DNA of 64,000 nucleotides from Solirubrobacteraceae bacterium (GTDB lineage: Bacteria > Actinomycetota > Thermoleophilia > Solirubrobacterales > Solirubrobacteraceae). Of the stretch, positions 28,990 to 37,420 are shown one piece after another. Numbering within the stretch: position 1 is the stretch's first letter; each line of letters starts with the position of its first letter. A model generated the notes under the pieces. That model was not told where the DNA came from. It searched no databases and saw nothing but the letters and a program-made list of their open reading frames with translations. Position numbers and translations under genes: made by a program. The stretch lies in contig JAWVFQ010000030.1 in NCBI GenBank assembly GCA_033856025.1, positions 4,239 to 68,238 of the forward strand, read 5' to 3'.

Positions 28990-29448
28990 CTACCGGGCGA
29001 AGTGCGTGCGCAGGCGGCGGTGACGGTGGGCGAACAGGCGCTCCACGATGCCGCGCACAAGACCTCCGCTGCCCGGGATGCGGGGCGCGAACGTGAGCCG
29101 GTCGGTGACCGCGCAGGCGTCCGCGCCGCGCTCGGTGACCTCGCGCTCGTGCTGCCAGAAGCGCATGCTGCCCATGGGCGAGCGCTCCAGGAAGCGCCGG
29201 CCCGGCCCGCGCTCGACGAGCGTCAGGCGGTCGTAGTCGAACGGCAGCACGCCGAGCAGCAGCACCCACGAGCGCCCGACCGGCCGCCCCAGCGGGAGCT
29301 CCTCCAGGGTGCGACCGCGGGCCGCGCGCGGCATGGTCATCCGCAGCCACGGGCCCAGCTCGTGGTTGACGCCCGCCGGCGTCGTCACGCGCGCCCAGAC
29401 GGCATCGGCCGGGGCGGGCAGCTCGGTCGTGCGGGCGACCTCGATCAT
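28990..29448 (-). CDS. SRPBCC (START/polyketide-cyclase-like) family protein
   Basis: 152 aa from the internal Met MIEVARTTELPAPADAVWARV, a typical SRPBCC N-terminus. ATGA overlap with the mntH stop. Confidence 0.65.
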   Translation of the reverse strand: MIEVARTTELPAPADAVWARVTTPAGVNHELGPWLRMTMPRAARGRTLEELPLGRPVGRSWVLLLGVLPFDYDRLTLVERGPGRRFLERSPMGSMRFWQHEREVTERGADACAVTDRLTFAPRIPGSGGLVRGIVERLFAHRHRRLRTHFAR

Positions 29449-30734
29449 CCGAAGAACGTCTGGTAGAGGAGGAAGAGGTTCAGCGCGCTGATCAGCGCGG
29501 CCACCACGGCGGCGGCGGCGGTGGTCACGGGGTGGTTGGCCAGCACGCCCATCACGTCGCGCCGGCGCGTGAGCAGGACGAGCGGGACGAGCGCGAACGG
29601 GATCCCGAACGACAGCACGACCTGCGAGATGACCAGCGAGCGCGTCGGGTCCAGGCCGATGGCCAGCACGACGAGCGCCGGCACCATCGTGACCAGCCGC
29701 CGGACCGCGATGGGGATCCTGCGCGCGATGAACCCCTGCATCACGACCTGTCCCGCGTACGTCCCCACGCTGGACGAGGCCAGCCCCGACGCCAGCAGCG
29801 CGAGCGCGAAGGCCAGGGCGGCCTCGGGGCCCACCAGGTTCCCGAAGCCCGTGTGCGCCTTCTCGATCGAGTCCACGTTCAGCGTGGTCCCGTGGAACAG
29901 CGACGCCGCGATCACCAGCATGGCCATGTTCACGACGCCGGCCAGCGTCATGGCGATCGTCACGTCGATGCGCGTGAAGCGCAGCAGCCGCCGGCGCTCG
30001 GCGTCGTCGCGCGCCGGGATGCGGTTCTGCGTCAGCGCCGAGTGCAGGTAGATGACGTGCGGCATCACGGTGGCGCCGAGGATCCCGGTGGCCAGCAGCA
30101 CGGAGTCCCCGCCCGAGAAGTGCGGGATGAACCCGCCGGCCACGCCGCCCGCGTCGGCGCCGATCTTCAGCGTGTCGTAGAGGAAGCCGAGCAGGATGAT
30201 CCCCAGGAAGAACAGGATCGCCAGCTCGAAGCGCCGGTAGCCGCGGGTCTGCAGCGCCAGGATCGCGAAGGCGACCAGCGCGGTGATCAGGCCGGCCGCG
30301 AACAGGGGAACGTCGAAGAGCAGGTTCAGCGCGATCGCCGCGCCGACGAACTCGGCCAGGTCCGTGGCCATGGCGATCGCCTCGGCCTGCGCCCACAGCC
30401 CCCAGGTGACGGGCCGCGGGAAGCGCTCGCGGCACAGCTGCGGGAGGTTCTTGCCGGTGGCGATGCCGATCTTCGCCGAGAGGTTCTGGATCAGCATCGC
30501 CATCAGGTTGGCGGCGAGGATCACCCAGAGCAGGAGGTAGCCGTACTTGGCGCCCCCGGAGATGTTCGTGGCGAAGTTGCCGGGGTCCACGTAGGCGATG
30601 CAGGCCACGAACGCGGGCCCGAGCAGCGGCAGCACCCCGCGCAGGCCCCCGCGAGCGCGCACGCGGCTGAGCTGGCTGGGGCCGGGCAGCGCGACGACGC
30701 CGACGTCCACCTCGGGAGGCGGGGCCGCGGTCAC
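29445..30734 (-). CDS. mntH: Nramp family divalent metal (Mn2+) transporter
   Basis: DPGNFATNISGGAKYGY signature and a polytopic profile. GTG at 30734 overlaps the regulator stop as GTGA. Confidence 0.88.
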   Translation of the reverse strand: MTAAPPPEVDVGVVALPGPSQLSRVRARGGLRGVLPLLGPAFVACIAYVDPGNFATNISGGAKYGYLLLWVILAANLMAMLIQNLSAKIGIATGKNLPQLCRERFPRPVTWGLWAQAEAIAMATDLAEFVGAAIALNLLFDVPLFAAGLITALVAFAILALQTRGYRRFELAILFFLGIILLGFLYDTLKIGADAGGVAGGFIPHFSGGDSVLLATGILGATVMPHVIYLHSALTQNRIPARDDAERRRLLRFTRIDVTIAMTLAGVVNMAMLVIAASLFHGTTLNVDSIEKAHTGFGNLVGPEAALAFALALLASGLASSSVGTYAGQVVMQGFIARRIPIAVRRLVTMVPALVVLAIGLDPTRSLVISQVVLSFGIPFALVPLVLLTRRRDVMGVLANHPVTTAAAAVVAALISALNLFLLYQTFFG

Positions 30735-31405
30735 GCCGTCACGTCCACGCGCATCGCCTGCGCGAGCGCGCCGCCCAGCACGTGCGTCTCGGCCCCGAAG
30801 CGGACGAAGACCGGGCCGTCGAACGGCTGCTTGTCCACGACCTCGAGGACGTCGCCCGGCGAGATCCCGCGCTCGGAGAGGTAGCGCAGCATCTCGGAGT
30901 CCGAGTCCGACACGCGCACGAACGTCCCGGTCTGACCGGCCTCCAGCGACTGGAGCGAGGCGGTCTCGTGCTCGGGCATCTCGAGGTCGCGCGTGGGGAT
31001 CGGGTCCCCGTGCGGGTCCACCTTCGGGTCGCCGAGCTTGGCCGCGATCAGCTCCTCCAGCTCCTCGGACAGCACGTGCTCGAGGACCTCGGCCTCGGCG
31101 TGCACGCGGTCCCAGGGCACGTCGAGCGCCTCGGCCAGGTAGAGCTCGAGGAGGCGGTGGTGGCGCAGGACCTCGAGGGCGAGGCGCGCGCCCGCGGGCG
31201 TGAGCTGGACGCCCTTGTAGGGCACGTGGGTGACCAGGCCCATCTCGCTGAGGCGCTTGACCATCCCCGAGGCCGAGCCGGGCGTGACGCCGAGGCGCTC
31301 GGCCAGCGCGTTGGTGCTGACGGCGCCCTCGCCGCGCTCCTCCAGGGCGTAGATCGCCTTCGCGTAGTCCTGGACGGCGGAGGTAGTCTCGATGTTGGCG
31401 GCCAT
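30731..31405 (-). CDS. DtxR/IdeR/MntR family metal-dependent transcriptional repressor
   Basis: 224 aa. N-terminal wHTH (VQDYAKAIYALEE..), a metal-binding/dimerisation region and an SH3-like C-terminus. Lies directly upstream of mntH. Confidence 0.88.
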   Translation of the reverse strand: MAANIETTSAVQDYAKAIYALEERGEGAVSTNALAERLGVTPGSASGMVKRLSEMGLVTHVPYKGVQLTPAGARLALEVLRHHRLLELYLAEALDVPWDRVHAEAEVLEHVLSEELEELIAAKLGDPKVDPHGDPIPTRDLEMPEHETASLQSLEAGQTGTFVRVSDSDSEMLRYLSERGISPGDVLEVVDKQPFDGPVFVRFGAETHVLGGALAQAMRVDVTA

Positions 31406-31412
31406 GAGCCTT

Positions 31413-31434
31413 AGAGTTTGGCATGGCTAAATCT
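31413..31434. promoter_or_regulatory. imperfect AT-rich palindrome AGAGTTTGGCATGGCTAAATCT (candidate DtxR/MntR-family operator)
   Basis: 8 of 11 half-site positions are symmetric. It is the only AT-rich stretch between the divergent regulator and ygfZ starts, and it is centred on the ATG at 31423. Confidence 0.35.
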
Positions 31435-32418
31435 GAGTTTCAAGAGGACCGACCTCGTTATCCTCGGTTCATGGCCGTCGCCAGCTCACCGTCCGCCGAC
31501 CACGCCGCGCTCGCGGAGGGCTGCGGGCTGCTGGACCGGTCCGAGCGCGGCAAGCTCGCCCTGACCGGCGCGGGCGCCGGGGAGTTCCTCAACGGCCTCG
31601 TGTCCAACGAGGTCGAGGACCTGGCGCCGGGGGCCGGCGTCTACGCCGCCGTCCTGACCCCCAAGGGCCGGATGGTGGGCGACCTGCGGATCCTGCGTGC
31701 GGACGATGAGTACCTGCTGGACACCGAGCGCGCCGCCCTCCAGGAGGTCTTCAACGTCCTGTGGCGCGGGCGGGTCGGCTACGACGTCGAGGTCCACAAG
31801 CGCACGCTGCAGACCGGGCTGCTTTCGCTGGCGGGCCCGCGCGCGCGGACGGTCGCCGGAGGGGACACGCTGGGCGAGGACGAGCACGACCATGTCGCGG
31901 CGCGGATCGGCGGCGCGGCGGTCCGGCTCGTGGCCACGGACGTCGGCGTGGACGTCCTGTGCGACGCGGGCGACACCGAGACGGTCGCGGCCGCGCTGCG
32001 CGTGCGCGGCGCGGCCGACGTCGGCGAGGCGGCGTGGGAGAGCCTGCGGGTGCAGCGGGGCCGGCCGCGCTACGGCACCGACCTCGACGACTCGACCATC
32101 CCCCAGGAGGCCGGCCTCAACGAGCGCGCGGTCTCGTTCACCAAGGGCTGCTACGTCGGCCAGGAGACCGTGGCCCGGCTCTTCTACCGGGGCAAGCCCA
32201 ACCGCCACCTGCGCGGGCTGCGCCTCTCCGGCCCCGCGGCGCCGGGCGACGAGCTGCGCCTGGACGGCAAGCCCGTGGGCCGGCTGGGCACGGTGGCCGA
32301 GTCGCCGCGGCTGGGGACGATCGCGCTGGCGCTGGTGCGCCGCGAGGCCGAGCCCGGAGCGGCGCTGGAGGCCGGCGACGCCGGCACCCGGGCCGAGGTC
32401 GTCGAGCTCCCCTTCTAG
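31423..32418 (+). CDS. ygfZ: folate-binding YgfZ/GcvT-fold protein
   Basis: TKGCYVGQE signature. An alternative start at the ATG at 31471 is possible (see findings). Confidence 0.8.
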   Translation: MAKSEFQEDRPRYPRFMAVASSPSADHAALAEGCGLLDRSERGKLALTGAGAGEFLNGLVSNEVEDLAPGAGVYAAVLTPKGRMVGDLRILRADDEYLLDTERAALQEVFNVLWRGRVGYDVEVHKRTLQTGLLSLAGPRARTVAGGDTLGEDEHDHVAARIGGAAVRLVATDVGVDVLCDAGDTETVAAALRVRGAADVGEAAWESLRVQRGRPRYGTDLDDSTIPQEAGLNERAVSFTKGCYVGQETVARLFYRGKPNRHLRGLRLSGPAAPGDELRLDGKPVGRLGTVAESPRLGTIALALVRREAEPGAALEAGDAGTRAEVVELPF

Positions 32419-33050
32419 CGTAGGGCGGAGAGCTCGCGGGAGCGCGAGAGGGCCAGGCCGGCGACGCCCAGCGCGAACATCACGGAGCCCAGGAACAGCG
32501 TCCGGTAGAACTGCGGCCCGCTGAGCGGGAGGCCGGGCGCCGTGGCCTGCGGCTTCTTGGCCGGCTTGGGGGCGGGCTCGGTCGGCGGCACGAACGGGTC
32601 GGGCTGGTTGGGGCCGCCGGGCTGCGGCTCGACCGGCGTCTGCGCGCTGCGTGCCGTGGGCGTGTCCAGGACGATCTGGGGCTCGGCCGCGAAGGCCTGG
32701 GCGGGAGCCACCGGCACGCCGGCGGACTGGCCGGGCGACTTCGGGCTCGCCGGTCCACCGGTGGAGGAGTCGCCGGTCGAGCCGTCGCCGGAGCCGCTCC
32801 CCGGCGACTCGCCGGCGCGCGGTGTCGCGGCCGAGTCGCTGGTGACGTGGATGAGGCCCGACGGGTCGGCCGCCGCCGGAGCCGGAGCCGGCGGCGTGGG
32901 GCTGACGGCCGGCGGGTCGGGCTGCCCGGTGCCGCCGCCGATGGACACGGGCGCCGCCTCTCCCCCCGTCCCGGCGTAGCCCAGCGCGAAGCCGGGCGCG
33001 GCCAGCGCGAGGAGCAGGGGCGCGAGCGTGATTATGGGTCGCCGCCTCAT
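32415..33050 (-). CDS. Pro/Ala-rich secreted protein with C-terminal LPLSG + hydrophobic + basic tail
   Basis: 211 aa. Signal peptide MRRRPIITLAPLLLALAAPGFA, low-complexity Pro-rich body, then a C-terminal LPLSG..LFLGSVMFALGVAGLAL..SRSRE tail. Confidence 0.6.
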   Translation of the reverse strand: MRRRPIITLAPLLLALAAPGFALGYAGTGGEAAPVSIGGGTGQPDPPAVSPTPPAPAPAAADPSGLIHVTSDSAATPRAGESPGSGSGDGSTGDSSTGGPASPKSPGQSAGVPVAPAQAFAAEPQIVLDTPTARSAQTPVEPQPGGPNQPDPFVPPTEPAPKPAKKPQATAPGLPLSGPQFYRTLFLGSVMFALGVAGLALSRSRELSALR

Positions 33051-33092
33051 CGGGGCGTCGTTCGACGCGCACGATGCGGTACCTGCCCCGCG

Positions 33093-34376
33093 TCAGCGGC
33101 CGAAGACGCGCGGCACGGCGGCGATCGAGCGCAGCTTCCCGCGCGGGCGCACGCGGCGCAGCAGCAGCGCCTTGCGCGGGTCCATCCGGCCCGCGACCAC
33201 GTCCACGAAGTCCTCCCACCGCGCGGCGATCGTCACGTCGGGCGCCGGGGCGTGTCCCGGCTCGGCGCGGGCGTTGCCGTTGTCGACCACGACGTGCCAG
33301 GGCTTGGCGTCCGGGAAGTCCCACTGGAAGGTCGTCGGGCGGTCCAGCCCGTGCTGGGGGTTGATGGACCGGCGGATCGTGTCGAAGAGCAGCGCCTGGT
33401 CGGCCTCGGCGCAGGACGGGGGCCCCTGCTTCTCCCCCAGCAGCCCCGCCTTGACCAGCTCGCGACCGCGGCGCGCGCGCTCCACGTGGTCGACGTCGAG
33501 AGGAATCGGCGGCGGGCCGGGCAGCTCCTCGAGCGGCAGGCCGGCGCTGCGCATCTTCGTCTCCAGCGACATGGACCCCTCGGCGCCCAGCTCGTCCAGG
33601 CCCATCCCGAAGCACGTCACGTAGCTCTCGTCCCAGCCCGGCGGGATGAGGACCGACGCCGTCCACGGGATGACCTCGCGCAGCAGCTCGGCCACCGAGC
33701 GCCGGCAGCGGGGGTCCTGCGCCGCCAGGTCGTGCAGCAGCTTTACCCCGAAGGCGATGTGGCGCTGCTCGTCGCGGGCCACGTTCTCCATGCCCGCGCG
33801 GAAGGCCGGCAGCAGGTCGCGCCTCTCCAGGTAGGAGGTGATGAAGTGCTGGCCGGGCTGGGCCAGCGACGCCTCGATGATCACGTGGTAGAGCGTGATC
33901 GCGGCCGCCAGCTTGGGCTTGGAGCGGTCCTTGCGCAGCTCGTCGGCCATCGTGTCCAGCCGGTCGAACACCTTGCGAAAGCCCCACGTGAGCTCGGGCG
34001 TGATCTGCTGGAGCCCTCCGCGCATCGTGCCGTCCCCGACGCCCGCCACCTCGTGCATGAAGCGCTTGAAGAAGACGGCGTGGCGGGCCTCGTCGACCTG
34101 CTGGGTGGCCAGGAAGTACTTCTGCTCCTCGGTCGGCGCCGCGTCGATGTAGGGCCCGAGGTTGTCGGCGACGGCATCCTCGCCGTAGAAGAAGAGGTTG
34201 TAGTTCCACAGCGCGGCGCGGCGCTCGTGCTCGGTGAACTCCTCGCGCCACTGGCGGGCGTCCTCGGTGAAGTCCAGCTCCGTGGCGCTCCAGTTGCCCT
34301 GCTCCCAGCGGGCGTAGAGGTCCTCGTAGGAGATGGCGGCGGCGGCGGGCGCGGTGCGCGTATCGGGGGGGCTCAT
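33093..34376 (-). CDS. ferritin-like di-metal carboxylate protein (RNR R2 / R2lox-like) fused to a C-terminal SCP2 domain
   Basis: E..ExxH twice (YGEDAV, VDEARHAVFF, IIEASLA, RDEQRHIAFG). The C-terminal roughly 100 aa is SCP2-like (FQWDF..WHVVVDNG..EDFVDVVAGRMDPRKALLL). Confidence 0.7.
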   Translation of the reverse strand: MSPPDTRTAPAAAAISYEDLYARWEQGNWSATELDFTEDARQWREEFTEHERRAALWNYNLFFYGEDAVADNLGPYIDAAPTEEQKYFLATQQVDEARHAVFFKRFMHEVAGVGDGTMRGGLQQITPELTWGFRKVFDRLDTMADELRKDRSKPKLAAAITLYHVIIEASLAQPGQHFITSYLERRDLLPAFRAGMENVARDEQRHIAFGVKLLHDLAAQDPRCRRSVAELLREVIPWTASVLIPPGWDESYVTCFGMGLDELGAEGSMSLETKMRSAGLPLEELPGPPPIPLDVDHVERARRGRELVKAGLLGEKQGPPSCAEADQALLFDTIRRSINPQHGLDRPTTFQWDFPDAKPWHVVVDNGNARAEPGHAPAPDVTIAARWEDFVDVVAGRMDPRKALLLRRVRPRGKLRSIAAVPRVFGR

Positions 34377-36085
34377 GCCGCGAGGCTACCCGGGTTTGAA
34401 CAGAAGTCAAAGACGCGTTCCCCGCTCGGAGCGGGGTCGAGTCCGAGCACCGGCGCCTCCGGGTGCGACTCCAGCCAGGTGGCGACGATCCGCAGCTCGT
34501 GGACGGCCTCCGGTGCCACGCATTGCGGGCCCGCGGACGGTCGGGTGCCCAACGCCAGGGCGGTGCGGCGCGCGAGCTCGCCGGCGTCGCGCGGAAGCGG
34601 GCCCCAGTCGGCCACCCGCCCGCCGACGATCCAGAACGCGTCGAACCGGACCCCGCCGCCGGAGCGGTCGTGGCCCGGGTGCGGGGCCAGGACGAGGCGG
34701 GGGGCGGCGTGGGTGGCGCGCAGGTGCCCGCCCAGGCGGTCGAGGATCGTCTCCAGGCGGTCGCGGCGCCGGCGCAGCGTGGCGGCGCGCTCGTAGTGGC
34801 GTTTCCCGGACTCCTCACGCATTTGCGCGTCGACCAGGCCCAGCAGCGCGTCGCGCCCGTCCCCCGCGCCGGCGAACGGCGCCAGCGCGGCGTCCAGCCG
34901 CGCGCGGTACAGGTTGGGATCGAGGTCGTTGAGGCAGGGAGACAGGCAGCGGCCCATCTGACCGTAGGCCGACGGGTGCTCGCGGCGCGGCAGCCGGCGG
35001 CCGCAGTGGCGCAGGGCGAACAGGGACGTCAGGTGGTCGGCCAGCTCGCGCGCCGCGGACTCGCCGCGCAGCGGCCCCACGTTGATGGCACGCCCCGGCG
35101 CGGGCTCGGAGGCGACCTCGAGGATCGGGTAGGCGATGTCCAGGCGCGCACGCAGGTACACGTAGGCGTCCGAGCGCTTCAGCGCGACGTTGCCCGGCGG
35201 GCGCAGCTCCTTGATCAGCCGGTTCTCCAGCACCAGCGCGCCCAGCTCGGACGCCGTCTCGCGGTGGTCGACCAGCGCGGCGTGCGCCGTCCAGCCCGCG
35301 GCCTCGGCACCGGGCGCGAAGTGCGCGCGCGCCCGCGTGCGCAGCTTCGTCGACTTGCCCACGTACAGCGCGCGGCCCTCGGCGTCGCGGAACAAGTAGA
35401 CGCCGGGCTGGTTGGGCAGGACGGAGAAGTCCAGCGGCGCCGCCGGCACCGGCGCACCGCCGCGCGCCAGGCGCCCCGGCGGCAGTCGCCGCGAGCGCGA
35501 GCGCCGGCGCGGCGCCAGCAGCGCCACCGCGTCGCGCACCGTGGGGGCGTTCGCGCACAGCTTCGGGAACAGCGCGCAGAACACGCGCGCGCACGTCTCC
35601 GCGTCGACCAGCGCCCGGTGCGCGCCGTCCGTGTCGATGCCCAGGGCCGCGGCCAGCGACCCCAGCCCGCGCCGGCGCACCAGCGGCGCCAGGCGCCGAG
35701 CCAGCGCGACCGTGCACAGGACCGGCGGGTCGGGCCACTCCAGGCCCGCGCGCGCGAAGGCGCCCGCCAGCACGCCGCGGTCGAAGCGGGCGCTGTGGGC
35801 CACGAGGACGCGGCCGCGCAGGCGCTCGGCCACCATCGGCAGGACCGTCGCCGGCTCGGGCGCGGTGTCCACCATCGCCTGCGAGATCCCGGTGAAGCGC
35901 TGGATGCCGGCCGACAACGGCGCGCGCGCCGCCACGAGCGAGCTCCAGCGCTCGTGCAGCTCGCCGCCGCCCACGAGCACCGTCCCCACCTCGGTCAGCT
36001 CGCACGCCTCGCCCGAGCAGCCGTTGGTCTCGACGTCGACGGCCAGGAACTCCGACGTGCGCAGGGGTGTGTCGGGCAGGTTCAC
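34373..36085 (-). CDS. DEDD 3-5 exonuclease (DnaQ-like) fused to GIY-YIG (UvrC/Cho-like) nuclease domain
   Basis: AVDVETNG Exo I motif at the N-terminus and PGVYLFRDAEGRALYVGKS GIY-YIG motif mid-protein; 570 aa. Confidence 0.8.
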   Translation of the reverse strand: MNLPDTPLRTSEFLAVDVETNGCSGEACELTEVGTVLVGGGELHERWSSLVAARAPLSAGIQRFTGISQAMVDTAPEPATVLPMVAERLRGRVLVAHSARFDRGVLAGAFARAGLEWPDPPVLCTVALARRLAPLVRRRGLGSLAAALGIDTDGAHRALVDAETCARVFCALFPKLCANAPTVRDAVALLAPRRRSRSRRLPPGRLARGGAPVPAAPLDFSVLPNQPGVYLFRDAEGRALYVGKSTKLRTRARAHFAPGAEAAGWTAHAALVDHRETASELGALVLENRLIKELRPPGNVALKRSDAYVYLRARLDIAYPILEVASEPAPGRAINVGPLRGESAARELADHLTSLFALRHCGRRLPRREHPSAYGQMGRCLSPCLNDLDPNLYRARLDAALAPFAGAGDGRDALLGLVDAQMREESGKRHYERAATLRRRRDRLETILDRLGGHLRATHAAPRLVLAPHPGHDRSGGGVRFDAFWIVGGRVADWGPLPRDAGELARRTALALGTRPSAGPQCVAPEAVHELRIVATWLESHPEAPVLGLDPAPSGERVFDFCSNPGSLAA

Positions 36086-36213
36086 CCCGGTGGCCTATCG
36101 CGGCCTCCGGACGGGTTGCACGCGACCGTGCACCCGGGCTTGCGGGGCCCGCCCGGCGGGTACCTCCACGACGGGGAGTACCATCGCCGCCACCACGACT
36201 GAAGGGAGTGCTC

Positions 36214-36411
36214 ATGACCACGACCGCGCCGAGACATGACGCACCGGGCACGGACGAGCGCACCCGTGTGGCCTGGACGGTCTACCGCGACTCCCTGCGC
36301 GACCTCGAGGGCCGCGACTACGACGACGCCGAGGACCAGGCGTGGGAGGCCCTCCAGCGCGAGCTGCGCTCGATCGGCGCAAGCTCGACGCAGCGCACCC
36401 CCGTCGGTTAG
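36214..36411 (+). CDS. small hypothetical protein (65 aa)
   Basis: ATG preceded by GAAGGGAG at about 6 nt. High GC3. Acidic, helical sequence. Confidence 0.55.
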   Translation: MTTTAPRHDAPGTDERTRVAWTVYRDSLRDLEGRDYDDAEDQAWEALQRELRSIGASSTQRTPVG

Positions 36412-36460
36412 GGTTGCCGCGTCCGGGAGGGGCTCGAGGGGGGCCCACCCGGCACCCGGG

Positions 36461-36901
36461 ATGGAGAGCACCCACCGCACACGGCTGTCGGTCGTCGCAC
36501 TAGCGGGCCTCGCGCTCGTCGTCGCCGGCTGCGGTGGTGGCAGCGACTACAAGAACGAGCCGCGCCCGCCGTCGCCCATCAACGTGACAGCCGCGGTCTC
36601 GGCCAACCGCGTGTCCGTCTCGCCCGCCAGCTTCGGCGCGGGCCCGATCGTCGTGATCGTGACCAACCAGAGCACCGCCTCGCAGGAGGTCACCTTCACG
36701 AGCGAGAGCGCCGGCACGACCGGGCCCGGCGACGTCAACCAGTCCACGGCGCCGATCAACCCCGGCGACACCGGCGAGATAAAGCTCGACGTGGCCCAGG
36801 GCAACTACGTCGTGCGCACCGGCGACGAGGCCGTTCGCCCGGCGACGGTCACCGTCGGGCCCAAGCGCCAGTCCGCGCAGAACCAGCTGCTCCAGCCCTA
36901 G
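36461..36901 (+). CDS. lipoprotein, cupredoxin/Ig-like beta domain suspected
   Basis: ATG at 36461. Lipobox LVVAGC. 146 aa, beta-rich. Confidence 0.65.
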   Translation: MESTHRTRLSVVALAGLALVVAGCGGGSDYKNEPRPPSPINVTAAVSANRVSVSPASFGAGPIVVIVTNQSTASQEVTFTSESAGTTGPGDVNQSTAPINPGDTGEIKLDVAQGNYVVRTGDEAVRPATVTVGPKRQSAQNQLLQP

Positions 36902-37077
36902 CCGGCCTTCTCTGTAGAAGCTGCCAGGTCTGCCTGGTCGTGTCGAAACCAAGCGGAGCCTAGATATCGGCCCGATGGGGGATGGGCAAGGGGCTTTGAC
37001 CAGTCGATACTGATGGGGACCCCTCCCTTGTGCGTCTCGGGGGGAATGCAGCACCTAGGGACCTCGGTCCCCTGAAT

Positions 37078-37099
37078 GGAGGCTTCTCTTGCAGAAGCC
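37078..37099 (+). promoter_or_regulatory. hairpin GGCTTCT-CTTGC-AGAAGCC enclosing part of the GGAGG RBS and the TTG start of the 37089 ORF
   Basis: 7-bp perfect stem at 37081-37087 / 37093-37099. GGAGG is at 37078-37082 and the TTG at 37089-37091 lies in the loop. Confidence 0.4.
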
Positions 37100-37280
37100 A
37101 GACCCCGAAACCCCCGCCAGCCTCAGTAAGGCTCTTGCGGACGTGCGTAATGCCCTGTTCGTCGTCGCCGACGACGCGAACCGGTTGGCGTTTTCCAAGC
37201 GCACGAATGACTTGGCCAGCCATCTCCAGACCGCGAGCTACAACCTCGGCGAGGCCGAGCGCAAGCTGGCGGCGGCATAG
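37089..37280 (+). CDS. small hypothetical protein (63 aa), uncertain
   Basis: TTG start 6 nt after GGAGG. 11 of 63 codons end in A/T, against almost none in neighbouring genes. Lies in a less GC-rich island. Confidence 0.4.
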   Translation: MQKPDPETPASLSKALADVRNALFVVADDANRLAFSKRTNDLASHLQTASYNLGEAERKLAAA

Positions 37281-37420
37281 GCGCAGCGCACGTCGGCTTG
37301 CAGCCCTGGCCTGTCCGCTTCATCGCCGAAGACATGGACCCGTTTCCCCACGAAGGAGAGAAGGGCTAAGTGTGACGACGCGCACACGCGCTCGTCCCGA
37401 CGTGCGGAACACTTGCGTGC

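Noticed and set aside
36117-36132. Palindrome TGCACG-CGAC-CGTGCA upstream of the exonuclease/GIY-YIG gene, considered as an SOS (LexA) box or RecA-NDp/PafBC motif.
   Set aside because: It does not match the actinobacterial LexA consensus TCGAAC-N4-GTTCGA or the TGTCGGTG-N8-TANNNT motif as I remember them. It may still be an operator, but I cannot assign it.
36902-37088. tRNA, tmRNA, RNase P or another known RNA gene in the largest non-coding gaps (36902-37088, 37281-37420, 40752-40917, 36086-36213).
   Set aside because: I could not draw a cloverleaf, a T-loop GGTTCGAATCC-type sequence or any other family signature on either strand. The region is kept only as an unexplained structured region in findings.
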